From assembly GCA_004431415.1 (NCBI GenBank), contig QPMI01000116.1:186001-250000 (forward strand): a DNA stretch of 64,000 nt. The letters run 5' to 3'. A program made the position numbers and the translations under genes. The DNA is from Cyanophora paradoxa CCMP329 (Eukaryota; Plantae; Glaucophyta). Under the pieces are notes generated by a model. That model worked only from the letters and a program-made list of their open reading frames with translations, was not told the DNA's origin and did no database searches. Positions within the stretch are counted from its first letter, which is position 1. Every line of letters begins with the position of its first letter. This document shows, in pieces, positions 34,401-45,537 of this stretch.

Positions 34401-37016
34401 AACTGTGGTGGGGGGTACGGGAAATCAGCGGGGAGGGGGCGGGAGGCGGCGGGTACGGGGTACACCGACCTGGAGGACCGCGTCCTCGAGGTGGAAATCG
34501 GAGGAGAAGAGGGGGGCGTTGGGGGGTACGCCCCCGGGGCTCCACCCCCCTGCCCAGTACGCGAGGGTTCCCTCGAGCTGTGAAGCCGGGTCAGAAGGCC
34601 AGGGGGGGGGGGCAAAGCGGGAGGGGGTACCTGGAACGCGAAGACGTGCGCGGCGTCCATCGCGGCGATCGGCTCGTAGAGAGGCTCCTCGCAGCCGCGC
34701 TCCATCCCTGCGGGGCCAGGGTCGGCGGAGCTGGGGGGGGGGGAAGAGGCGGGGGGGGGGGTACCGCGGATCTGGGCCTCGACGTCGCGGGCGACGCGGC
34801 GGGTCTTGCGGGCGTGCGCGGCGAGCTCGAGGAAGCGGCGCTCCAGCTCCTCGTACGAGGGCGGCGCCCCCGCCCCCTCCTCCTCCTCCCCGTCCCCCTC
34901 CCCCTCCTCCGGTGCAGGCGCCGCCGCCGCCGCGCCCGCGCCGGCGCCCGCGGGCGGGGGCGGGGTGAGGTGCTCAGGGTAGCGCTGGCGGATGAAGGCG
35001 AGGAGGTCGCGCTGGGGCCGGGGCGTGCTCCCCTCGTCGGGGAGGCAGGGCACGGTCACGCGCTCCGCCGCCGCGTCCGTCACGAGGATGGCCTCGCCGG
35101 CCGCGTCCAGCACCAGCGTCGGGCCGCCCTCGTCGGCCGCCTGCGCGTCGGCCGCCTCGCCGGCGGCCGCCGCCATCCCGGCGTGCGCCTCCGCCACCAG
35201 GGCGCACATGCCGCAGGGGCCGCACCGCCGGCCTCGCCGCCGCCCCCGCCGCCCGGCGCTCGCACGCCGGCGCCAGCCCGCGGTACGCCGGAAGCGCCCA
35301 GTAGTGCTGCGCACGGCTTCGATCAGCCCAGCGCAGCGCGGCTGGGCGGGCGGGGCCGGCGAACCAGGACGACGTCCCACATCATGCGGATCTCGAGGTT
35401 GTCGACCACGAAGAAGGAGCGGTCCCGCGCGTCCCGCGCCACCTCGCAGCGCACCGACAGGTCCTTCAGGCCCTCCTCGCCCAGCGCCGCCGCCGCCGCG
35501 CCGCCCGCGCCGCCGCCGCCGCCGCCGCCGGCTCCGCCGCCGCCCGACCCGCCCGAGCGCGCGTCCCCAGGCGCGCTCCTGCGCGAGCGCTGAGAGAAGG
35601 GCGGAGCGGCGGGCGATGCGGTGCGGCGCACGGCGGGGCGGCGGCGGCTGCTGCTGCTGCTGCGGCGGCGGCGCCGCGGCGTGGCTCGACGAAGCCGCGG
35701 CAGTCGAAGGCGCCCTCACGGACGTCCATGAGCTGGAACTCGGGGACGCCGACGGCCCGCGCCCCGCGCGCCCCGCGCCCCTCCAGCCGCTCCCGCGCCG
35801 CCCACACCTCGTCCGCGTCGAACTCCCACGAGAAGACCACGCGCCCCGCCGCCGGCATGTCGCTGCGCCGGCCGGTCAGGCGGCGGAGGAGGGCATCCGG
35901 CCGGCCGGCTCGCCTGTAGTCGGCCCAGGCGTCGCAGGAGTCGGCGAAGGGGCAGAGGATTAGCCGGACCGACACGCGGGTCCGCGGCGGCAGCGCGGCG
36001 CCGCCGGCGGCGTCGCCGGGCGCGTCGGCCTCGCGAGCAAAGGTGACGGAGGGCCCGCGGACGCCGTCTCCGGCGGAGCAGCGGAAGAGAACGAAGTCCG
36101 GCATCGAGACCGTGAAGCTCCGGTCCGTCCCCTCGACCACCGTGCTGCGAGGGCGCCGCGTGAGCGAGGGCCCGCGGCGCCGGGCCCGGTTCGGCGGCCG
36201 GCACCAGGGGATGTAGTGCGTTCGCTGGTTCGATTTGCCGAGGCCGTCTGTACAGCGAGCAGTCAGAGGCGCGCCGCCGACGGGGGAAGGGGCGGAGAAA
36301 GGTCTCACGGATGACCACTGCGCGGGAGACCGAGAAAAAGGAAAAGCGGAGGCGGTGTCAGCTCGATACGAGGCGGTCAATGAGGCGGCGGCTCCGCGGC
36401 GGCGCACCGGCGACGTAGAATGAAAGCAGGCCGGCCACCTTGGAGGGGGCCGGCTTGAACGGGATACGGCTGACACCAGCCGCGCTATCGTCGCCACCCT
36501 CGAGAAAGCAGCGTACGAGCTCCGTCGCGGTGGGTTTTTCCACCTTGCAGAGCCGCGCGAGCTCGTCCGCCGCCTACAGCCGCCCGGTTGACGGGTCAGT
36601 ACCGTGCGTCGAGCGGCGACGATTTGCTCGCACCTCTGCTACTGTCCAGTTCAGATTCTTTATCAGTTTCCTTCGATCTTCCTGATCCATGGAGCTGCAC
36701 GCGGGCGGAGCCTGAGCGAACCGGTCGCCCAGGTAAGCGGCACGTCCCGACGCACGAGAAGAACTTCTGCAGCCGGCTCGAGCCCTTTCCGCATCCGCTG
36801 ATCCGCGCGAGCTGCAGGCCTGCGTTGCATTTGCGACAGGCGGCAGCGAGTAAGCGGCAATTATACGGGTGGCTCGTGCCGCGTGCCCGGCCAGGCGGGA
36901 GAGCGGGGGCGCTGACCGACTTGCTCAGCGGTCTCCTGCATCGTGGCCTTACGCTGCATGAGCTTCTCCGAGAGCTTCGCCGCCTTCCCGGGGCGACCCG
37001 ACTGCTTTGACGCCAT
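31472..37016 (-). CDS. Gene G: large coiled-coil protein with C-terminal AMSH/STAMBP-like MPN (JAMM) domain lacking catalytic residues
   Basis: Start MASKQSGRPGKAAKLSEKLMQRK. Ala/Glu/Arg coiled coil ~33130-33440. C-terminal exons KTAGFLA..VLVPRQ..LVLAGLIT|ATPAQQCSLSIDMHDLAP|FQMELPEAVSVVVAPK|IAAFRLTERGLHIVAAC|..HP..|PLVVDLRC* follow the AMSH-family pattern ETCG..LIIPKQ..GWIHTHP..LSSVDLHT..YQ..LPEA.AIV..PK..FRLT..DLR. Confidence 0.8.
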
Positions 37017-38491
37017 CTGCTCGCGCTAGCACTGCGGATTGAACATGCACGTTACTGCTGCTTCATCAACACCGATCCGGGGCGCTGATCGGGACACAGC
37101 CGCCCCTGACCGCGGATCTAATCTCTAGCCCGGCTCGTGCGCACCGTGGCGCAGGAGGGCGTCGCCTGCGGTGCTAATCGCGCTCCCGGTGACGGTGCGA
37201 AGCGCTCCGTGCTGCGGATCGGCAGCGCTTGGCCGGCGGATTCTTTGGGGGGCGAAGTTTGGTTGGGGTACCGTCCGAGCAAGCGCTTGGGAGTACCCCG
37301 TCGACTGTTGGACCACGTACCCGGCCCTGAAGAACGTTAACTTTTCGAATTCGAAGCGCTAGCGAGTTTCCTCGCAAGGGAGCTCACAGATTGGATCGGA
37401 GCCAACTTCTTAATTCGCTTAGTTGTTATAATTATTGGGGCCCCAATGGGGGGAAACTTTAATCAAGAGATGACGTTTTGTGACGCCATCCGCATATAAT
37501 GCATATGCGTGATGCCTTTTTCCGATTTATCTCTTTACGAACCGACGAGAAACTTGCGTGACGGGTACACGGTGTTGTTGTCGAAATTCCGCTCATCGGC
37601 GTCATAATATTGCGTCCAATGAATCGGCGAACCGGGGCCCGGGGGTATATCGATATCGCGGAACTCAAATTCTGACCGCTGATTGAGATCCTTTTTTCTT
37701 CTCAGGGTAAACCTGCGAGCTTCTTCCGGCATTTCCATTGGCTAACTCACGTCATAAATCGATTATTAACAGGCACGCGCCGGATTAATGATGAGTGCGA
37801 CCGCATTGCGTACCCCGGGCTCGAGGCGGGGAGCAGCCTGCGCACGCAGCTCCCCAGGCTCCCGCCGCGAGTCCCGCGCGGCCGCGCAAGCTGAAGTCGG
37901 AGCTGGGCCGGGGCGTCGAGTCGTCGACCAGGCTCGGACCAGCCTGGCAGCTGCAGGCGCTGGGAATCGATCGGGCTGCGAGGAGCTAGTAGCCTAGTTG
38001 GCCCTAGTAGCAGCGGCGGGCGCGCAGCTCGCAGGCCCTGAGGATCGACGTCGACCGGGCGCGGCCGAGTCGATCTCCCGAAGTTCGGAGCGAGACTCGA
38101 GAACCTCAGCGACCCGCATACGCAGTTGCAACCTCCCCGACTCTCCCGGGTCCCGAAGTTCGGAGCGAGCTATAACTCGCTCCGGCCGCGGTAGTCGCGG
38201 GCTCGCTGCCGGGTCTCATTAGCGTCGCGAACCGCATGCGCAGTTGCAAGCTTCGCCTTGTCAGCATCAGCAGGATCAGTCCCTAGCTAGCTTAGCGGCC
38301 TCAGCCTTACTAGCTGGCCCAGCAGCCAGATTCGCGCCGTAGTAAGTGCAACTGTCGGGTCTCGTTCGGATTCGCGTCGGCTCTGCACTCGGCTGTGCCC
38401 GTTGCACAGCCACGGAGCGCATCTTTGCGGCGCACGATAGCAGCAGGGAGCTGCTAGTGTGTGAGAGCGTAGCTCCTCCCGCGGGTGCACG

Positions 38492-39742
38492 ATGGCGGAG
38501 GCAGCGTCGGCGCCTCCCCCAGGCGAAGGTGGCCCAGTGCGGCGGCGGCTTTCGAACGCGAAATCGATGCACGCTTCCTCTGCCGGGAAGGTGGAGGCCG
38601 GGGGCGAGGCCAGCAAGGTCGCTCCGGCGGCCCATCGGCCTCCCCCCTCTTGGCACGGCCAGCCCCTGGACAACGTCCGCGTGGTCGACGAGTCCATTAC
38701 GACGCGCCTTGAGCTTCGCACCGCGCGCCACGAGCTTCGGAAGCTCAGGGAGAGCGCAGCCGCGGCTCCGGCGGCCACGGCGGCGGCGGGCCCGGGCGCT
38801 GATGATGACGAGGGCGGAACGCTGGCGCTGATCCACGCGAGGGAGCGGCTCATGCGCCTGCAGCGCCGCAACACGATCAACCTGGGAGACCTGCGCTCCC
38901 TGAGGCCGCCGAAGGGCGTGGCCCTCATCCCCCAGCTCCAGCACTTCTACAAGGCCAACGGTGCGCGAGATGGGTCGAAGGACTCTCGCCCCGCCTTTGC
39001 TGCTCACGCCCGAAGGCAGAGGGGGGGCAGATCGAGCTCTTCACGCCCCAGGCGCTCCTCCGGCGCGAGTCGATCCGCTTCGAGCCCCGCATCGTGCTCT
39101 GGCTGTGCGCCCCGGCCCCGCCCCGCCCCAGCCCAGCGCCTGGCCCCGCCCTTAGCTCCCCGCAGGCACCTCTACTGGCGGAGCATCGACCTGGACGGGA
39201 GCAACACGCTCGAGGAGGACGAGTTCGTGCCCTACGCCATGTGCGCCGTGTTCCGCTTCGGCCCATAGGCCTTAGCTTAGCCGATTCCCTTAGGCTGCTC
39301 TTCAAGCTGCTGCACAAGAGCAAGAGCGGGGAGTTCAACGAGGAGAAGGCGCGGCGCTTCGCGATGGAGGACTGGGAGGAGGACCGGCAGGGCAAGAACT
39401 ACATCAACACGGAGACCTTCATGGTCTCCCTCTTCCAGGTACCCCCGCCCGCCCGCCCGCCCGCCCGCCCGCCCCTATGCTCCGAGTACGAGGCTCCAAA
39501 GCGGCGGCCGCTCGTCCAGGGCTGCCTTTAAGCCTCGTCCTAGCTGTAGGCGGGTCCTAGCGTTTGTTTCGTTCGAGCGTTCGAGGCGATATAGACTTGT
39601 CCCCGGGGCGATTTCGAGCGTTCGTTCGTTAGCTCGCTCGCTCGCTCGATCGCTGACGGCCCCGACTGCCCGCCCGCCGGTCGTCTCTGCGGCGGGCCCT
39701 CGTCCTCTCTAGATATTGGGCCCCGCGGGACGAATTTGAGCG

Positions 39743-39803
<61 letters not shown>

Positions 39804-42800
39804 GGCTCGCCCGCCCTCAGCTCGTGGACACATGGACGGAGGGCATATCGGAGTGGGAGTCGGAGCTCTTCCTCCGCACCCTCTTCCACACCGCCATGAA
39901 GTGGGACCCCGCAACCGGCCGCTACGTCCTCCGCGATCTCGAATGTGCGTGAGCTGATAAGCTAGCTGGCCGGCTATCTATAAAGCCTTGATCATCCAGC
40001 TACAAAAACAAGCTCCTCCCAATGAGCTGCTGCTGCCCTCGCGGTTTGGTTGTCTGATTCGCGGTCGCAGCGGTGCGCATGGGGGCGGCTGTGGACGCGC
40101 TCGAGGAGGAGCGCGCGCGGCGCAAGGCGGCGGCGCGCGCGGCGTCCGGCCGCTCGACGCGCCGCATGTCGCTCTTGGGCAACAACGCCAACGCCCGCCC
40201 TGACCTCTTCTCCGTTGTCGCGGCCGTCATGCGGGGCCCGGACGGCCCGGGCGGCTCGGGCGACGGCTCGGGCTCGGGCTCGGGCTCGGGAATCGGGGCC
40301 GGCGTTGCGGGCGGCGACGGGGCCGGCGGCGCGGGCGGCGCCGGTGCTTCGGGCGCCGGTGGGGCTGGGGCGCGGGCGGCGCGGGCGGCGCGGGCGGCGC
40401 GGGCGGACTCGGCGCCGGCGGCGCCGGCGGCGCGGCCGGCGCGGGCAGCTTCGGCGCGGTCGGCTTCGGCGCGGGGGGGGCCGCCGGGAGTGCCGGCGGG
40501 GCCGGCGGGGCCGGCGACGAGGACGGGGAGGGCTCGAAGGAGAACGATTGGAGCCGCCTCTTCGCCTTCCGCAGGGACCTCGGTGCGCTTCTGTCGATTC
40601 ATGACCTTAAGATTGTGCAGCGAAGCTTCCTTAGTCGAATTAGAACCTTAAGAAGCGAAGCTTCTTTAAAGCATGGCATGTGACAGTAGAATCACATTTG
40701 TCGGGGCCCCGTCTCTTTCTCCGCCCGCCCTCCGTTCGGGCGTGGCTGATGCGCGGAGAACAGCGGCGAAGCAGGCCGCGGAGCGCGAGCGGGCCGGAAA
40801 GTCGCAGCGGGGCCGCAAGCAGGACGGGCCCACGCCCGCCGGTGCGCCCCGCCCCTCGCTGGCTCATGATCGCTGGACCGTACTCACTGGACCGCAGAGG
40901 GCCTCAACCTTCCCTTCGTGCCCCAGATCCGCGAGGAGATGTACAAGAGGCTCCTGGGAGGGCGCTGGTCCAAGTCGATCCGCAAGGCGAGCATCGACCT
41001 GCAGCAGACGCGCGAGGTGCGCTGCGCTGCGCCCGTGCTTGAGAGCAGAGCAGAGCGCTGCGGGTACCAGGAAGCCGCCGTTTCGGATTCGTCATCGGAA
41101 GAAGGAGCTCAAGCTCGCCTGGCTAGCCAGCTAGCTAGCTAGCTAGCTCTCTCCGCCGCACCCGCCCGCTCACACGGGACCTGCCCCGCCCCTCCCGAGC
41201 GCTGACCCGCAGCAGGCCCGCGGGCGCTCGATCCTCCACCAGGTCACCCCCGTCGACGAAATGAAGGGTCCGCCCCCGCCCCCCTCTTGCTTTCGTTTGA
41301 ACTACAGAAACGTTGATGTTGACCTTCTGAGACTATAGAAGAAGCTAGAAGCTAGAGAGAGGCGTTGGTTGGCGCCGATTCTGGACTATATGTAATGAGA
41401 GCCCGCTTCGCGCGCGTGCAGAGCTGCAGGAGCGGCTGCTGGAGAGCGCGCTGCGGGGCGCCGGCATCCGGGACGACGGCGGGTCGACCTACACCGGATC
41501 CTCGGCGGGGCCCTCCCACGCCGAGAGCCCGGAGCGATCCTCCGTCGCCGGCACCGAAGAACGTGACCCGGACCGCGAACGCGAAAGGGACCGCGAGACG
41601 AGCTACAGGTGAGCTTGAGGATGTGCTATATACATCGCTGGGAAGACCCCCCTGGCCTGCCCGCTTCCTAGTGCTGGGCGGGCCTAGCCCTCTATCTTTT
41701 CTCTACATCTACCGGGCTGGGGCAGGCTCGCTGGGGCGGGGCGGGGCGGGCCTAGCCGGGAAACCTGCAGCTGCCGCTTGCGCTGCCCTCCTCCGCCCTC
41801 GCCTAACCCCCGCGCAGCTACTTCGGGGCCGGCTCCGAGCCGCCGCCGCCGCCGCGGCCCCGCGGCCGCCGCTACTCCATCGCGGGCGAGTACACGCCGC
41901 CCGTGCCGGGCGCGCCGGGCGGCCCCGACGACGGCTCCCGCCCCGTCTCCATGTCCATCAAGAGACGCGTCTCCCTCCTCATGAACAACGTCGTCCGCTT
42001 CCCCGCGGACGGCCCGGGCGCCCCGGCCGCCGGGCCCCGCGCCGGCATGCCGTTCTCGTCCCTGTCCAACTCAACCGGTGCGGTGCCGCCTCTGCCCCGC
42101 GCCCTCTGCTGCCCCGTCGCCTCTCGCTGACCGAGCCGCCGCCCCCGCCGCCGCAGCGTCCAGCACGCCCAACACGGGCGGGACGGGGGGCTACGGTACC
42201 CCGGGCTCGGGCGCCTGGACCCCGCAGTTCGCTGGCCCGGCCCCCGTCGAGGCCTCCGGAGCCTCGGCTACCCCCGGCGGCTCCAACAACACCTCCGGAA
42301 GTGCATACCCCCCGCCCCCCTTCGTGACGCCTTCGGCGAGGAAGCAAAGAAACTAACAAACGCACGAACAGGCCGCCCGGGCTCGCGCCCAGGCTCGCGC
42401 AAGAGCGTCGGCATGGCGATCCGCGCGGCGGCGCTGGCCGAGGCGGCGGCGGCGATGGCGGCGCTGGCGAACGGTCCCCCGGCGGGGCTCTCCTCGCCGG
42501 GCGGCCAGTCGGGCTCGACGCCCTTCTACTCGCCGGCCTCCTCCTCGGCCGAGTTCGCGAGCATGGGCGAGGGCGACCCGATGGGCCCCGGCCCCGCCTT
42601 CACCGTCCGCTCGCCCTTCGCGGCCGTGCAGGCGGCCCTGGGCGCCGCCTCCGGCTCGCGCACGGCGCGGTCGACGGAGTCGCGGGGCGCCTCCCGCTCG
42701 CCCATCTACAGGATGTCCTCGGACGATGCGGGGTACGGCTCCGGCACCAGCTCCCCCTTCACCGTCGTCGGCAGCGGCGCGGCCGCCGCCGCCGCGACCG

Positions 42801-43067
42801 GCGCGGCCGCCGTCCCCCACCCGCCCCCCCTCGTGCGCTGCTTCCTCCCCCCCTCTCCCCCCCTCCCGGCTCACCTGACTCAGGTGGACGGCGTCCCCGT
42901 GGAGCTGACGACGTTGCGCTCGAGCGCCCAGTCGGGAGCCGCCCGCTCCCTTCGCTTTGCCCTCGACGTGCGCGCGCACGAAAATTCGGGTCCCGCTTAA
43001 AAGAGATAGGCCTCGGGTCCCGTAGAGGACGAAAGAATTCTTCGCGTTTCGGGGACGACTTCTCCCG

Positions 43068-43099
<32 letters not shown>

Positions 43100-45537
43100 T
43101 GACGGCCGGCCGCGCGCAGGCGGGCGGCAGCGGCTCGTCGAGCGCCTCGCCGGCCCCCTCGGCCACCGTCTCCCGCCGCTCCTCCGTCTCCTTCGAGGTC
43201 CGTCCGCCCGCCCGCAGCGCCCGCCCGCAGCGCCCGACGTTCCTAGATAGAAGCTTAAGGCTTGTTAAAATAGAAGCTTAGAGCTTGTTAAGATAGAAGC
43301 TTAAGGCTTGTTAAGATAGAAGCTTAAGCTTAAGTTTTTCCCGCCCGCAGCGCCCGCCGCGCCCGCCCGCCCGCCTTCTTCGCGTATGATCGGTCTGATC
43401 CTTATCCGTCCGCTTTTCGGCGCAGCCGTCGGAGGACGGGCAGTCGACGGGGCGTGGCCCGGAAACGAACCGCCTGGGCGGCCGCCGCTCCCTGGAGGTC
43501 CGCCTTTGAACCAAGTTTGAGGGCCCCGTGTTCGAGAACCTTGAGGATGCTAAGATATATCGAATGTATTTATAGCTGCCCTGGGCCCGCCCCTGTCGAG
43601 ATGTCGTTTCGGTCTTGGGGCTTCCAGTCCTAACCTCCTCGCCTGCGCAGGTGCCGTCGTCCTCGATGCCGCACGCCGGCGGAGGGGCGGAGCGGTCCCA
43701 CTCGGCCAGCCCCTCGATCGCCATCCAGGCGAGCCCTCCCTTCTCTTATTATTATTCGTCCCTTGCGTATTCTAATCGATCTTCTTCTTCTTCTTGTAGA
43801 GGGCGATGGCGGAGGCGCGGGCGCGGGTGGCGCGGGGCGAGGGCGGCACCGGCTCCTCCGCGAGCGATGGGAGCGCCGGCGAGGAGGAGGGCGGCTCGCC
43901 GCCCCCGCCGCAGCTCCAGGGACAGGGCCAGGGTGCCCGCCTTCACGTGCCCCGCATCCCGGGCCTCACCGCCCCGGTGCGTACTGCGACCCTCCGGCCA
44001 AGTCTAGAAAACTTGGGTGGGGCGGGAGACTAACACGATGTTCTGCCCTCCTAACGCCTCCTAACAACCGCCCCCCTTGCCCCACAGCTGATCAACGTGG
44101 TCCCGAACACGCCGGGCGGGAGCGTGAACAACAGCCTGAAGACGCCGCACGGGCCCCCCGACGGCGTCTCCCTCCGCGACGAGCTCCGACGCCTCCACGA
44201 GGCCGACCTCCAGGCGAGCACTAAGCATATACTAGTACTGACGATAGACATTATTATTAGACGTACTAGAGCTGGTGCTCAAATCGAGGTCCATAGATCG
44301 ATTTATGCTTAAGAGGACAGGAGCCCCTTCTCCCCGCGCCTTCTTGAATTTAGAAGGAATCTGAAGAGCGAAGGCCTAACGGAGCTTTGGTTCCTTCTTC
44401 ACAACCGTTCTAACTTGCGCGGCGGCGGCAGGCGCGCCAGGCCTCCTCCTCGGGCCCCTCGTCCACGCGGGAGGACCGCTCGGGGGCGGGCCGCATCAAC
44501 CCGCTGCACCGCCGCCTCTCCAACGCCGCCGAGTACCCCCCGACCGGGCCCGGCGCCTTCGGCCCCGTGCGCTCTACCCCCCCTAAGCTTCATCTTCTCT
44601 TCTATCTATCCATCCATCTGATCCCTACGGGCAGCCCGAGGCGGCGAGCCTGCAGCCGAGCCCGCGGCGGCGGGGGTCCGTCGAGCTCCACACGAAGCCG
44701 CTGGTCTTCGAGGGCGACCCGACGACGCTGCGGGGGGTGCCCGCTCACCTCTCGGCCGACACGGTCGCCGCGGGCCTCCCGGGGGCCCCTGAGCCGCCCT
44801 CGGCCCCGGGCGCCCTCTCCCTGGGGCCCTATGCGGACCCGTCGCCCCCGGCGCGGGCGCTGGCGCCCCCCCAGCAGCAGCAGCATCCGCAGCAGCAGCA
44901 GTCCGGATCCCTCTCGCTGGGGCCGTTCGAGTCGCCTCGGCGCTCCCCCGCCCGGGGGGTCTCGCCGGCGCGGCAGGAGGTGAAGGTATTCACCATCGGG
45001 CCGGCCGCCGCCGCCCCGCTCACCGTCGCCGGGATCGGCCGGCCGGCCGCCCCCGCCGCCCCGCGAGGCGGTCGCGTCCAGTTCGAGGAGGGCGCCCGGC
45101 GCGCCGACGGCTCCGCGGCGGGGGCGGCCCGCCCGGCAGGCTGCCCCACACCCAGTCGCAGCCGACTGTGGAGACGTCCGCGGCGGCGGCCGCGGGGCGC
45201 CCCGGGAAGCTGCCGCACGCCCAGTCCCAGCCAAGCCAGTTGGTCCCCCGGGGGCCTCGCCCCGCCGGTCACCACCGCCCACCGCGTCACGCCCGCCGGT
45301 TCGCCGCCCGCGGGCCGCACGTCGCGGCGGCGGCCGGCGGCGGCGTCGCCACGCGGCGCGTCCTCGGGCAGACCAAGAGCCACTGAGCGGCGCACGGCGC
45401 GCACGGCGCCGGTGCCGGCGCCAGCGGTGCTCCGCCCCCTCCTCCCCCCCCCCCCCCCCCCCCCGCCGCCCCTCTGGACGGCCTTCCAACCTCGCGATCG
45501 GCTGGTCGCCTTTCCTTATACCCCCCGTCAAAACTGA
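38492..45537 (+). CDS. Gene H: EF-hand-containing protein with long Ser/Gly/Ala/Pro low-complexity region (paralogue of gene E)
   Basis: Canonical EF loop IDLDGSNTLEEDEF (39185-39226). Module LFTPQALLRRESIRFEPRIVLWL|..|LLFKLLH..EEKARRFAMEDWEEDRQGKNYINTETFMVSLFQ|LVDTWTEGISEWESELFLRTLFHTAMKWDPATGRYVLRDLE. Many downstream low-complexity exons. 3' end uncertain (45386 or 45537), and the distal part could be a separate gene. Confidence 0.7.
39742..39799 (+). repeat. (CT)n microsatellite in gene H intron
   Basis: About 58 bp of CT dinucleotide with one interruption, just upstream of CTGAC and the acceptor at 39820. Confidence 0.95.
43237..43339 (+). repeat. Intronic dispersed repeat core, copy 2 (in gene H intron 43198-43425)
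   Basis: ACGTTCCTAG followed by ~4 copies of the 23-bp unit ATAGAAGCTTAAGGCTTGTTAAG, ending GTTTTT. Flanked by perfect 17-bp direct repeat CCCGCCCGCAGCGCCCG (43220-43236, 43340-43356). Confidence 0.85.

Noticed and set aside
32458-35593. Very long plus-strand ORFs (598, 703 and 981 aa) and similar ORFs throughout the window
   Set aside because: Antisense or off-frame shadows caused by stop-codon scarcity in very GC-rich DNA. They are Arg/Gly/Pro-rich with no motifs, while the opposite strand gives coherent spliced genes.
37130-37362. Short protein-like ORFs upstream of gene G
   Set aside because: No recognisable motif, splice structure or clear start; could be UTR or promoter.
44215-44280. 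Imperfect intronic hairpin (GAGCACTAAGC..CTAGTAC / GTACTAG..GCTGGTGCTC)
   Set aside because: Too degenerate to call a miRNA or MITE from one copy.
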